Positions 1 to 9,385 of a stretch of DNA of 32,797 nt are shown here, piece after piece. Made by a program: the position numbers and the translations under genes. The notes under the pieces are model-generated. The model was given only the letters and a program-made list of their open reading frames with translations, was not told the DNA's origin and did no database searches. This stretch comes from Catajapyx aquilonaris. Lineage: Eukaryota. Location: positions 1 through 32,797 of the forward strand of contig JYFJ02004379.1 of NCBI GenBank assembly GCA_000934665.2, read 5' to 3'. Every line of letters starts with the position of its first letter. Within the stretch, counting starts at the first letter, position 1.

Positions 1-228
1 TTCGCCAAGGGGCTGAAGAGATGGATGAATGCAGCCATGAAAGGGAGCCCAGAGGATATGTTGCAGGTGAAGGTGTCAGCTGTTAGTGCATTTGCGCAGA
101 TGCTCCAAAGATGCATCTCCGTGAACAACGTGGCCCAGGCGGCCAGTGCCATCCTTCAGAATGATGCCAAGATCAACCAGATGCTGGCTGACCTTAACCA
201 GGTTGATTTCCATAACATCAAGGAGCAG
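1..228 (+). CDS. Rfx: RFX transcription factor, internal coding exon (5' part outside window); gene join 1..228,595..797,896..1049,1427..1585
   Basis: Frame 1 reads FAKGLKRWMNAAM...KVSAVSAFAQMLQRCISVNNVAQAASAILQN...INQMLADLNQVDFHNIKEQ. This aligns with the recalled RFX1-3/Rfx region FAKSLE.W...KVAAVSAFAQTLRRYTSLNHLAQAARAVLQN...INQMLSDLNRVDFANVQEQ. GT donor at 229, phase 0. Confidence 0.93.
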
Positions 229-594
229 GTATACGTTATGCTTCTCAGTAATTATTGTGCATACAGGAAGATGAGAGGAAAGCTACAAAATCAAAAGCAT
301 CAGATTTTCTCCATTTCTGTCAACCTGCTTGTAATAATTACAAGCCTGCTTCATATTTCTTGTTAATTATTAATTATTAATTTAACAAGAAATATGAATC
401 AGGCTGGAATACGCTTGCATATACTTATGAATACATAGTGGTTGTCTGTTGCCTCAAGTAGTACATACAGTAAGGTGACAATCAACTAGTGAATTTTAGA
501 GTATTTAGACAGTACCGGTCAAAGAGTCATATATGAAGCAAATGAGATAGTGCTACCATAATGGTGTCTAAAGGGAACTCTGGGACGTTTGCAG

Positions 595-797
595 GCCTCG
601 TGGGTCTGCCAGTGTGAGGACCGCCTGGTTTCCCAATTGGTGGCAGATTACAAGGTGACACTGAAACACCAGCACTCCCTGGAGCAGTTAGCTGCCTGGC
701 TGGAAGGTGTTGTCAACCTAGTGCTCAAGCCATCCAAGGGGAAGCCTGACTTTGCCAAGGCTGCCCGACAGTTCCTGCTCAAGTGGTCATTTTACAG
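595..797 (+). CDS. Rfx: RFX transcription factor, dimerisation-domain exon
   Basis: TTTGCAG acceptor ending at 594. Encodes ASWVCQCE...SLEQLAAWL...AARQFLLKWSFY(S), a hallmark RFX sequence. AG|GT donor at 797/798, phase 2. Confidence 0.95.
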
Positions 798-895
798 GTA
801 CCGGTATTGTTCTGTTTTAGTAAGTCTAGGATATGAACAACTTGAGGAGGATGGGGAGATTAACTGCAATTTGCTTCTTTTTCTTTATTCAACAG

Positions 896-1049
896 CTCTA
901 TGGTCATAAGGGACTTGACGCTGCGCGGCGCAGAACCATTAGGGACATTCCACTTGATCCGCCTTCTGAACGACGAGTATATGAGTTACCTGATAGAGAA
1001 GAGGGTAGCCTCAGCCACCGGGGAGACATGCATCGTGGTCATGGGCGAG
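896..1049 (+). CDS. Rfx: RFX transcription factor, dimerisation-domain exon
   Basis: Pyrimidine tract plus CAG ending at 895. Phase fits the previous exon (AG+C = Ser). Encodes SMVIRDLTLR...FHLIRLL.DEYM.YL.E.RVA.ATGET...VMGE. GTAAAC donor at 1050. Confidence 0.95.
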
Positions 1050-1426
1050 GTAAACCACATGCAGTGCATTTTGTTTTTATGATTAAGGTGTCAGGGTGCG
1101 TGGTTTGAATAATTATTCCATCATAAAGGCCAGGGTATTGAACTGTTGATTAATAGCTTATGCATAATTTGTAGTAAGCTTGTTATGTGGCTCTCGAATA
1201 TTTAGGTTTCTAATTAAACAGTGGGAAATTTTTTAAACCCAACGCTGTAAAAGTAAGTCTAGCTGTTTTGGAGAAGTACAAACTGCAGTTTATGCAGGAC
1301 TGTTAAATTATAGGAACAACCAAGATGAATAAGTAGTAGCTTTGATATTTTATTTTACGTTTTATATTTATTTTAGTCCAATTGTACATACTTATAACCA
1401 TTTTAACACTTTTCCTTTTTGGTCAG

Positions 1427-1585
1427 AAGCCCCGTCGTGAGATACTTATGCCGATGCCGCCATCCCCTCCGTCCCTGGGCAGCACCAATCCGTCCACCTC
1501 TGAGTCCGACATCAAGGGCGAAGGGGTAAACAACATGAGCCTAGGTGGAGGTGATGTCAACAGCAGTGGCAACGTCTCTCAATAG
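1427..1585 (+). CDS. Rfx: RFX transcription factor, probable terminal coding exon
   Basis: TTTTCCTTTTTGGTCAG acceptor ending at 1426, phase 0. GC-rich open frame KPRREILMPMPPSPPS...GNVSQ ends in TAG. Low complexity, with no homology support. Confidence 0.7.
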   Translation, partial: KPRREILMPMPPSPPSLGSTNPSTSESDIKGEGVNNMSLGGGDVNSSGNVSQ

Positions 1586-2355
1586 TTACGCAAAATGACA
1601 TGCACACACCAATGCCCAGCATGGTCTAATGGAACTTGGAGTGCAGTATTTGATATTTCCGATATAAATTATAAATTGTTAGCACGAAAACTATATGCAC
1701 ATTGTATGCTGTAATGTAGCCTTACAGCCAAATATTTTTAGAGTATTTCAGCCTTAGAATAGCCCAGGACTCCTGGAAAACGCACTTTCTGATCCAAAAG
1801 CAGGACTTACTGACCATCCACTGAATACATTTCTAATCTTCCATTTATGACCATCGATGAGAGCTAACACAGCCCATTTTTATAGAGAAGACTGTATGTA
1901 AAACTGATCCACGATTTTCTCTACTTATAGTAAGGTTGACATCATTCTGCTTGTAGTATTTTAGAGTCTGTTTTACATAGCATTCAAAAAAGGACAGCAG
2001 AAAGCCTCGAGTTTTCCTCATTTAACTTGCAGGTAGCAATATTCATTATGTGTTTGCTATTTTTTGTCACGTTGTGCTGAGTCCAGAAAATACTAATGGT
2101 CAGAAAATCATTGGGTATTAACAGGCCAGTTGGTACATGTACTGTACTGTATATCAAGTGTCCCTCATTTTCCTTTCCTCCAACCAGTCAAGCTTGGCCA
2201 TATTTTGACTATAATAGTCTGTTACACTGAAGGTTTTCCATTTGTTTTTGGAAGCACTTCCAATCATTTGTGGCATGGAGTATAATTTATATATTGAAAA
2301 AAGAGTTACAGCAGATGAGCTATTTTATGGGTCACTTGTGAAGTTCAGAGATAAG

Positions 2356-2460
2356 TGCCTGGTTGCACCAACAAAATTACCAATCCGATAGCTTCTAACG
2401 GACAGATAGGTTGACCTTTTAACATGTGCTATGGGTCCATTAGGTTGGTGCAACCAGGCA
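2356..2460. mobile_element. 105-bp PIF/Harbinger-like MITE
   Basis: Perfect 17-bp TIR TGCCTGGTTGCACCAAC (2356-2372 / 2444-2460) flanked by a 3-bp direct repeat AAG on both sides. Confidence 0.7.
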
Positions 2461-2933
2461 AAGGGGTTGTTAATTCTTTGTTAACTCTCTTGTATCTTGC
2501 AAGGCGTGGGAGGTAGGAGGAATAGAAGTGCTTTGTGTGGCGGTGGCCCACCCAGGAAGAAGAGAAAACGGAATGAAAAGGGAGATTAGGCCGGGAATGA
2601 AAACAAAGCCAAGGGCAAGTCAGCTGACGTCACATTTGCATAAAGATGATTTGCAGTTGGAGATTATTTTCTTAAATACCCCTGTGTTTTTTACGTGGAC
2701 AAGAACATAGGAAACGAAATAAAATGCCACATTTGTGTTACTACTTAAAGTTGAAACTACTTGGGGATTTGAGGCTTTGGGGGATGCATTAAGCTTTTTC
2801 TCATTACTGGTACTGTAGATGTTCCTACACCACTGATAGAGACTGGCACGATGTTTCTGGATGTGTAGATTTCCCAGGCATCATACGTAGCTGTTGACCC
2901 AGCAGTTGCACAACATCCCCCACAAGGGGTTAA

Positions 2934-3061
2934 CCACTCGACTGTAAAGTGTACACTGGAGTACCAATAAATTCAACGAGTACCAAGGAGTGCCAAAGAG
3001 TAAAGTACCTAAGGAGTACCTGGGAGTACCACTGCAGGTGTACACTGGAGTACCGAAATGG
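2934..3061. mobile_element. TTAA-flanked mini-element (piggyBac-like?) with internal GAGTACC repeats
   Basis: TTAA|CCA...TGG|TTAA ends. The inverted symmetry extends to 14 bp (CAAGGGGTTAACCA, 2923-2936 / 3059-3072). About 7 GAGTACC-like units and a duplicated GTGTACACTGGAGTACC lie inside. Confidence 0.4.
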
Positions 3062-3667
3062 TTAACCCCTTGATCCCCCTTCAATTGGACTTTTTCCTGG
3101 ATTCAAGTAAAAGTGGTATGCCTCTTCACCTAATGAATCTTTGGTTAGCGCTGTCTTCACAAATATATTATATGAGAAGACATTCCAATTTTGGGGCATG
3201 GCGATTTTCTTAAGGTGGTACCCAGAGGCTTATTTACAAAAGCTTAACTGTACAGGAAGGTCGTTCATTGCCAAGTGAGCCACGCATGAGTTCGACACTC
3301 TGGGGCTTTGACTTTTAAAATCATCATTACTGAGTGCATATCAAAACACTAGTCATTATCAGATTTTTATTGCAAAACCGAAGCAATATGCTTGCATACT
3401 TCAAAATCCGCAAGATATCTCTTTAACCGTGCGAATTAATGGAGCAAAGTAATTGGCATAAAATGCAGAATGTGACTGTACTACTAAATTAAGTTTAGGC
3501 CAATCTCGTAATTTTAAATTAATTATTGAAATATGTGCAAGATCGCCATTTTCAAGTGCACGAAAACAGCTTGCATTCATTTAAAGCAGGGCATTCATGT
3601 GCAGTATCATCATATAGTTATTGACTGTAATTCATTATGTTTGTCATACTATGTTCAAATCAATGTG

Positions 3668-4004
3668 ACATTTCCAAAAGTGGAAAATAACTTCATAATT
3701 TGCCTAAAATGTTCAAAATTGAAACATTAGACTTCAAATCTCTATACTTATAAACGTGAAACTTTGTACATATCTATGTATGTTTGTCGGGGCTCCCTAA
3801 CCCACTTTCACACCTCTGAGAGTGCTGATTTGGCACATTTCCAAAAGTGGAAAATAACTTCATAATTTGCCAAAAATGTTCAAAATTGAAACATTAGACT
3901 TCAAATCTCTATACTTATAAACGTGAAACTTTGTACATATCTATGTATGTTTGTCGGGGCTACCTAACCCACTTTCACACCTCTGAGAGTGCTGATTTGG
4001 CACA
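3668..4004 (+). repeat. 167-bp tandem duplication (2 copies)
   Basis: 3668-3834 and 3835-4001 are identical except for 2 substitutions. ACA microhomology at the junctions. Confidence 0.95.
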
Positions 4005-4217
4005 CCGATGTCCTATGTGCCACTGATTGAGAGGGAAATCCGAAAGCTGCCCTTTTTCTAAGTTTAAATACCCAAAATTTAGGATTTTTTGTTTTTTAAC
4101 AAATTTGGTTTTTATCTGCGGCAATAATAATTGTCCAGCCACCACAGATTGCACTTCTAGGTTTTACGAACTTCTCTCATTTATCAATACCCATGCAAAG
4201 AATGGGTCCACTGCTAG
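3906..4217 (+). mobile_element. Short non-autonomous Helitron
   Basis: A|TC 5' end (TCTCTATACTTATAAACGTGAAA...TGTATGTTTGT, similar to recalled insect Lep1-type Helitron starts). 3' hairpin ACCCAT-N7-ATGGGT (4189-4207), then CTAG|T at 4214-4218. No TSD, as expected. Confidence 0.7.
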
Positions 4218-4307
4218 TACTGTATAATTGTGCACTTTAAAATTGCGATTTCTCACATGTTTTGATATCTGTTTTATACACTCACTGGATGGTTAATGTA
4301 CACTGTA

Positions 4308-4822
4308 CAGTCAGCCCCCGTTATCGGCAGGCAATTGGTTCTAAGCTCTGCAAGTGAAACCCATGGATAGCCCATACTGGATGTAAGGTAGGTTTTAACA
4401 TACATACACACCTCATTTTATTTTAAATCTAATAATTGATTCAATTTTATTATAATTAAATGCATAATTATGAATCAATTATTTTTTATTACGGTAATTT
4501 TCACTTTGAATGTTAAAAATTCTAAGCCTTCAACAAAAGCAATTAAAAGTGAAATAGGATCGTTATAACAATGCTGTACTGTCAAAAATTCGTGGGTCAA
4601 TTTTTAAAATACTTTCATTAAACAATTACTTAATACAGGGTGTTTCAGATTCGTGGGTTACTTTTTGATAACTGATATAATTAGCCTGATAGCAGTTATT
4701 TTTTATAGTTGGTTGTGCCCCTAAAATAACAGCTATTGGGCTATATCAGTGATCAAAAAGTGACCCACGAATCTGGAACACTACCCTGTATTGTCAAACT
4801 GCAGATAACTGGAGGCTGACTG
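4308..4822. mobile_element. Tc1/mariner (pogo/Tigger-like) MITE
   Basis: Imperfect ~23-bp TIR CAGTCAGCCCCCGTTATCGGCAG versus CAGTCAGCCTCCAGTTATCTGCAG. TA on the left, TC on the right (decayed TSD). Confidence 0.7.
4636..4788. mobile_element. CAGGGTG-type Tc1/mariner foldback MITE nested in the 4308-4822 element
   Basis: TA|CAGGGTGTTTCAGATTCGTGGGTTACTTTTTGATAACTGATATA is matched in inverted form at 4742-4788|TA. Nearly the whole element is palindromic. Confidence 0.85.
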
Positions 4823-5035
4823 TCCAAGGTTTAATGTGCAGATATTATAGCATAAACAACATGATGTGGTACCAAGTTCAAATTCTAGCTTCCGAAATCC
4901 TGATGTAATAGTAGTGAACCCTGAGAGGTAAGATCTGTCATAGCAAGGTGGTTCTACGGGATTTTGTCAACAAAGTTTCACCGGGAAAGGGATAACTACT
5001 TACATGGTCAATTATTGTTCCTGCAAATGTGTGTA

Positions 5036-5176
5036 TCAACAGTCCAAAAAGAATTGTCCCTCGCGTCGAGCGGGCAGCCACGCATCAGGATGAAAACCAC
5101 CAGTTAACTGGTTCCTTTCATCCTGACGCATTGGCTGCCCGCTCGACGCGAGGGACAATTCTTTTTGGACTCTTGA
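5036..5176. mobile_element. 141-bp near-perfect palindromic MITE
   Basis: Arms AGTCCAAAAAGAATTGTCCCTCGCGTCGAGCGGGCAGCCA and its exact reverse complement, centred on CAGTTAACTG (5101-5110). TA on both sides. Confidence 0.85.
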
Positions 5177-5687
5177 TACATAACAAAAGGTCGAGGATCC
5201 ATGATTTTCCTGAATTTTGGCACATGGCAATAAATAGGAAATAGATCCATATTATGTGTTTCTTTAAAAATGTCAAGTGTTTTTACTGCCAGCACTAATG
5301 ACATTATTGAACACTTCTTCAACAAGAGGGCAGATTTCCATAATATGGTTTGTTTTTTTGTGATTTGACGTTCTGTACCATGCCCTTCAGACTGTCATTC
5401 TGGGAAATAGTACTGCACATTTAAGCAATAATGGCTGTATTAGCCCACTTGGTTCAACTGTGTCTTTTATCACACACAGTCTAAGGCACAAGGTTTCATT
5501 GGAGACTAGTTGGATCTTGGATGCAGCAACAGCTTTGTTCCACGTTATGGTCCGGAAGGAAAAAAAACTGGCTAGTGATTATCTTCCAAAATCTCTGGGT
5601 GGTGAGGTAATTCTTCCGACTTATTCTTGCTGGTTGCAGTATAAGAAGAAATCACAATAATTGCCAAATATTACAAACACTGGGCGC

Positions 5688-5846
5688 TTAAGTCACATTT
5701 TCTAAAATCCACTCCACAAATTTGGATATTCTTGTGCAGACTCCAGGTAAATTAGGTTCAGCACAACCAATACCCCAGCTGATGATGCCAGCCAGGAAGT
5801 AGCGCCCATCACTCCCTCTCACTTGTAGTGGTCCTCCCGAGTCTCC
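5688..5846 (-). CDS. Sb: Stubble-like serine protease, terminal exon with catalytic Ser
   Basis: [52 protein letters not shown] followed by TAA. TCTCAG acceptor. Confidence 0.97.
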   Translation of the reverse strand, partial: GDSGGPLQVRGSDGRYFLAGIISWGIGCAEPNLPGVCTRISKFVEWILENVT

Positions 5847-6382
5847 CTGAGAAGGAAAGAGGGTAAACAAAAGGCACAGTGTGAGTCAGTATTCATCTAA
5901 TTAGGTGAAGCATAATTATTATGTAAAACTACAGGTGGCTAGAGAACACTGAAGTTTGAGTGACGAAAAGGGAGGGAGGAAATGAAAAATTATATCAGCA
6001 AAACCATTTGTAAAAGCCATTATGAGAAAACAAGAAACAGGAATTAAAATTTGGAAGCTCTATCTTACAAAGTATGAGAACAGGTCAAAAAATAAAGAGT
6101 TCCACCTAAGTAACGAATAAATTACTGAGAAGCAAGTACATTATCATGCATTTCCTGATGAGTAATGAAAATTCATCAAGAAGAGGGTAGGCAATAAAAA
6201 GAAATGGCAAATGTTGCAGATAAATTATTTTATTCATCTGCCACACTTATTATACCGGAAGTGAATTTTTTGTGGACCTTCCTCACACATACGAACTCAA
6301 TATTTATTGCAAATAAACACTCTTAATAAGTCAATATTGTGCAGTACTAGAGTAAAAATTGTTTTATGAGTGATTAAGATAC

Positions 6383-6508
6383 CTGACATGAATCCCTTCC
6401 GCCTTCTTCGTAGCCGGCACAGAGGAAAATATCTGGAATATACTCTTGGCGACCAGCCTTCAGAAACATGGAGCGACACTTCTCATTGCTTATGAGTGGC
6501 ACTGTCAC
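6383..6508 (-). CDS. Sb: Stubble-like serine protease exon (missed by ORF track)
   Basis: VTVPLISNEKCRSMFLKAGRQEYIPDIFLCAGYEEGGRDSCQ, 126 bp, phase 0/0. CTTGCAG acceptor, GTATCT donor. The Asp in DSCQ indicates a trypsin-like S1 pocket. Confidence 0.97.
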
Positions 6509-7154
6509 CTGCAAGAGTAAGGTTACTGGTAATTAAATTGTTTATAAATCTCAAAACAATTATAGGAAATGAGCATATGGCACAGTATAAGGGCGGTAGG
6601 CTACAGTGTCTAACGACACACTTCTAACAATGTGATAGCGTAAAACATGATGGATCCAACATCCAGTCATGGTTGCACATTCCCACTAGTATAGATACTA
6701 ACATAATGCAGAATTATTGGAATGTAGTAGGCCTACATGTGTATGTGAGTGAGTATTCTATCACGTTTGACCCTGCCACATTGTTGGCATTGTCATCCTG
6801 GTCATCATTTTAAAAATAATGAGGCTAGTCAGCAGGTCTGAATAAAAATGTGCTTGATCCAAATCTGTCAGGCATTTAGGTTCCTGTGATATTGCAATTA
6901 ATGTTCATGAAATATTATTCACATTTCATCCATACATGTTAGTCATTATGCTAATGTGTAAATAGTTCAATAGGTCACAAGAAAGTTGACAGCAGCATCC
7001 TTACCTCACATCACACATGAGGCAGATGACAGGTAAGTTTAGACAAACAACAATACTTTCATGGCATGCATGTATAAGTATTTTGTCACACATGCAGTAC
7101 CACAACCTCATACCCAACAATTCCATTAAGTGTAATTCTGCACTTTCAATAATT

Positions 7155-7603
7155 CAGGTGAAGGGAAACTCGCGGATAATCACCAGGTAGACGGATAGTA
7201 CTCGTAAAACTAATACAGGGATGTGCAATTAGTTTTGGGCTCCGTTGCATAGTTACTGAGTACAGTGCCAACAAAGTTTCGTGACATCACATCTGTTCCG
7301 CCAGCTTCTAAGAAGCAAAAGTCAGTTCAAGGGCCTCCAGTCCCTTGCCTTGGTCCCCTAACACATCGTCCATGTGCAAAAGGCGATCAGAACCCGTCAG
7401 AGTAAGGAGATCCAGGTACGACACCCATGCACTTTGTTGTTTTTGCCTCATATTCCACCATCCGGCCCTCTACATGTTAAGGGCGCCGTACGCATTAACT
7501 ACGCAACGGAGCCAAAAACTAATTGCACATCTCTATATTAGTTTTGCGAGTAGGCCTACTATAAGTTTACCTGGCGATTGTCCACGAGTTTCCCTTCACC
7601 CTG
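7155..7603. mobile_element. CAGGGTG-type Tc1/mariner MITE in an Sb intron
   Basis: ~120-bp imperfect TIRs (CAG[G]GTGAAGGGAAACTCGYGGAYAATCRCCAGGTA...TGTGCAATTAGTTTT.GGCTCCGTTGC). TA at the right end. Confidence 0.85.
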
Positions 7604-7675
7604 TATTATTAGTAGTTTACACATATTATACAAATACAAACTATATCTGCACTGTACCAAAGTTAGCTTACTCAC

Positions 7676-7973
7676 CTCTTGAAGTACAGATGGCAATGTT
7701 CCCCCCTCGCTGAGACGGCCCCACCCAGTCACTGTGCCATTTTCACCAATGAGAAGATCGTCCGAACCAGGTAGGCAGACCGGCGATATGTGAGGGTAGA
7801 ACTCGACCGCCTGCTCCAGCCGCACCAGAGCTAAATCGTTCTCATAGGTAAAAAAATTATAGCGTGGGTGAACCACCTTCTTGACCACACTCCTTTCAAC
7901 ATATGGGTATGGCTCCAGGACACTGGAGAAGTCGTACTCCCCCATTCGTATCCGGATTTGCGATGTCAACAGA
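7676..7973 (-). CDS. Sb: Stubble-like serine protease, catalytic Asp exon
   Basis: LLTSQIRIRMGEYDFS...YENDLALVRL...PVCLP...VTGWGRLSEGGTLPSVLQE. TTTGCAG acceptor, GTGAGT donor, phases consistent. Confidence 0.97.
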
Positions 7974-8047
7974 CTGCAAATGTCAGGAACAGTCAGTCAG
8001 TCAGGATCTTCATAGTTCATTATGCAGCTATCATCACTGACACATAC

Positions 8048-8240
8048 TCATCTACACAGTGACCAGCCGTGGCTACCCATTGTTCATTGATGAGGGCTCC
8101 ACCACAACGATGAGTGCTGGAGAAGCCAAAGAAAGATGTGCGTCGGACAGACACCTGCCATGGCCAGCGACCAAAGGGAGCATTCCGCCCTCCAACAATG
8201 CGCACTTCTGGCCTGGGAAACAGGGGAGGCACACCACATT
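8048..8240 (-). CDS. Sb: Stubble-like serine protease, activation site and catalytic His exon
   Basis: [18 protein letters not shown]...[39 protein letters not shown]. The [14 protein letters not shown] loop is characteristic of Stubble. TTTCAG acceptor, GTATGT donor. Confidence 0.97.
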
Positions 8241-8520
8241 CTGAAAGCATAGAGATAGCAGTTATAAGTCTGACCCAAGCATAACAATGTGATCTTCATA
8301 ACATTTACTTGCATAGTCAGTCAATGACCCAAGAATATTGTGTATGGCTGGTGGGAACAGTGAAGTTTGAATTTAAAACCATCCCCCCCCCCCCCNCCCC
8401 CCGCCCCAATTTTCCTGAGAAACTACAGCATAAAACCAAGATCTTGCATAGACTTTTCCCAAAAGCCAATAGTAAGGAGTAGCAGATCACATAAGACAAC
8501 AATAACAGTGAAAACAAGAC

Positions 8521-9210
8521 CTGAAGGTTTGTTGCCTGATGATGCGGTGATGGCTGCGAAGGTGGTGGTTGGCCTTGGTGTTGTAGTAGGAGTTGTAGTT
8601 GGGCGTGGAGTAGTGGTAGTTGTGGTGCTGGTAGTACTGGTAGTCGTAGGGGTGGTGGTGCTAGTAGTTGTGGTGGTGGTGGTTGTGGCGGCGGTGGTGG
8701 TGCTGGTTGTGGTTGTGGTGGTTGTTGGTCTTGGCTTGGGCTTCTTGTTGACCAGAGGCCGGTTAGGTTTGTGTGGTCTGATAGTCCCAGGTTGTGGCGG
8801 TGGGAATGTGGATGACTGTAGCCAGACGGTGGAATCATTGTGTTGCAAGATCAAGCTGGGTTTAGGTCGAGTCACAAATGGAGCGTCGCCAGGAGGACGT
8901 GGCCATAGGATGATAGGACTCATGGTGATGGGTTTGGAAGTGATCAGGCTGGCTGGAAGCGTCAGAGATGAACTGGGATGACTATTTAAGGTCACCGAGC
9001 TGGACGGCGTTGCACTGGTCGGAAGAATCCCTGTCTCGTTGTGTTCCACCAGTATGTTGTCCTTAACATTGTGAGCGCAGCAGCTTCCGAACATAAACCC
9101 ATCCATGCACATACCCAAGTGACGTCCTTCTGTCTTGATGCACTCCCACACAAACATGCATGTTCCTTCATCCAACTTGACCTTACATGGCTTAGGATTG
9201 ATCTTGTAAC
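8521..9210 (-). CDS. Sb: Stubble-like serine protease, clip/disulfide-knot domain plus Pro/Thr-rich mucin-like stem
   Basis: GYKINPKPCKVKLDEGTCMFVWECIKTEGRHLGMCMDGFMFGSCCAHN matches the recalled Drosophila Stubble knot (PKPC....EGTCMFVWECIKSEGKHVGMCVDSFMFGSCC). A poly-Thr linker follows. The donor TCAG|GTCTTG is weak but is the only nearby one giving SECG. Confidence 0.92.
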
Positions 9211-9282
9211 CTAAATATCGGATTGTAATATTATTTCAACAGGATAACAAATTAATACTGGGCACAGCCATGATGAACTCAC

Positions 9283-9385
9283 CATAATGTCTTGTGGAAG
9301 AGCCAGCATCTACCCAGAAGAAAGTAGTAGACAGAAGTAAGAAGGCGTCCAGGTTCGGCACACGAAGACTTGTGGACACCATCAT
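9283..9385 (-). CDS. Sb: Stubble-like serine protease, first coding exon (N-terminal leader); CDS join complement(5688..5846,6383..6508,7676..7973,8048..8240,8521..9210,9283..9385), 522 aa
   Basis: TTTACAG acceptor (exon starts at 9390) and an in-frame TGA directly before the ATG at 9385. Encodes MMVSTSLRVPNLDAFLLLSTTFFWVDAGSSTRHY. Strong G|GTGAGT donor in phase 1 fits the next exon. Confidence 0.72.

Noticed and set aside
229..366. C-terminal part of ORF 25..366 (and 798..909 of ORF 589..909)
   Set aside because: RFX similarity stops exactly at the GT donors, so these are intron read-through.
2949..3054. CRISPR-like short repeats
   Set aside because: Units are 7-17 bp without unique 25-45-bp spacers, the context is eukaryotic, and there are no cas genes.
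8383..8402. Long poly-C run (also 21323-21357 poly-G and 22262-22281 poly-C) as functional G-quadruplexes
   Set aside because: The runs coincide with ambiguous bases (N, or X in the ORF track), so their lengths are unreliable assembly features.
8367..8981. 204-aa Val-rich plus-strand ORF
   Set aside because: Antisense shadow of the Thr-rich Sb exon; no independent support.
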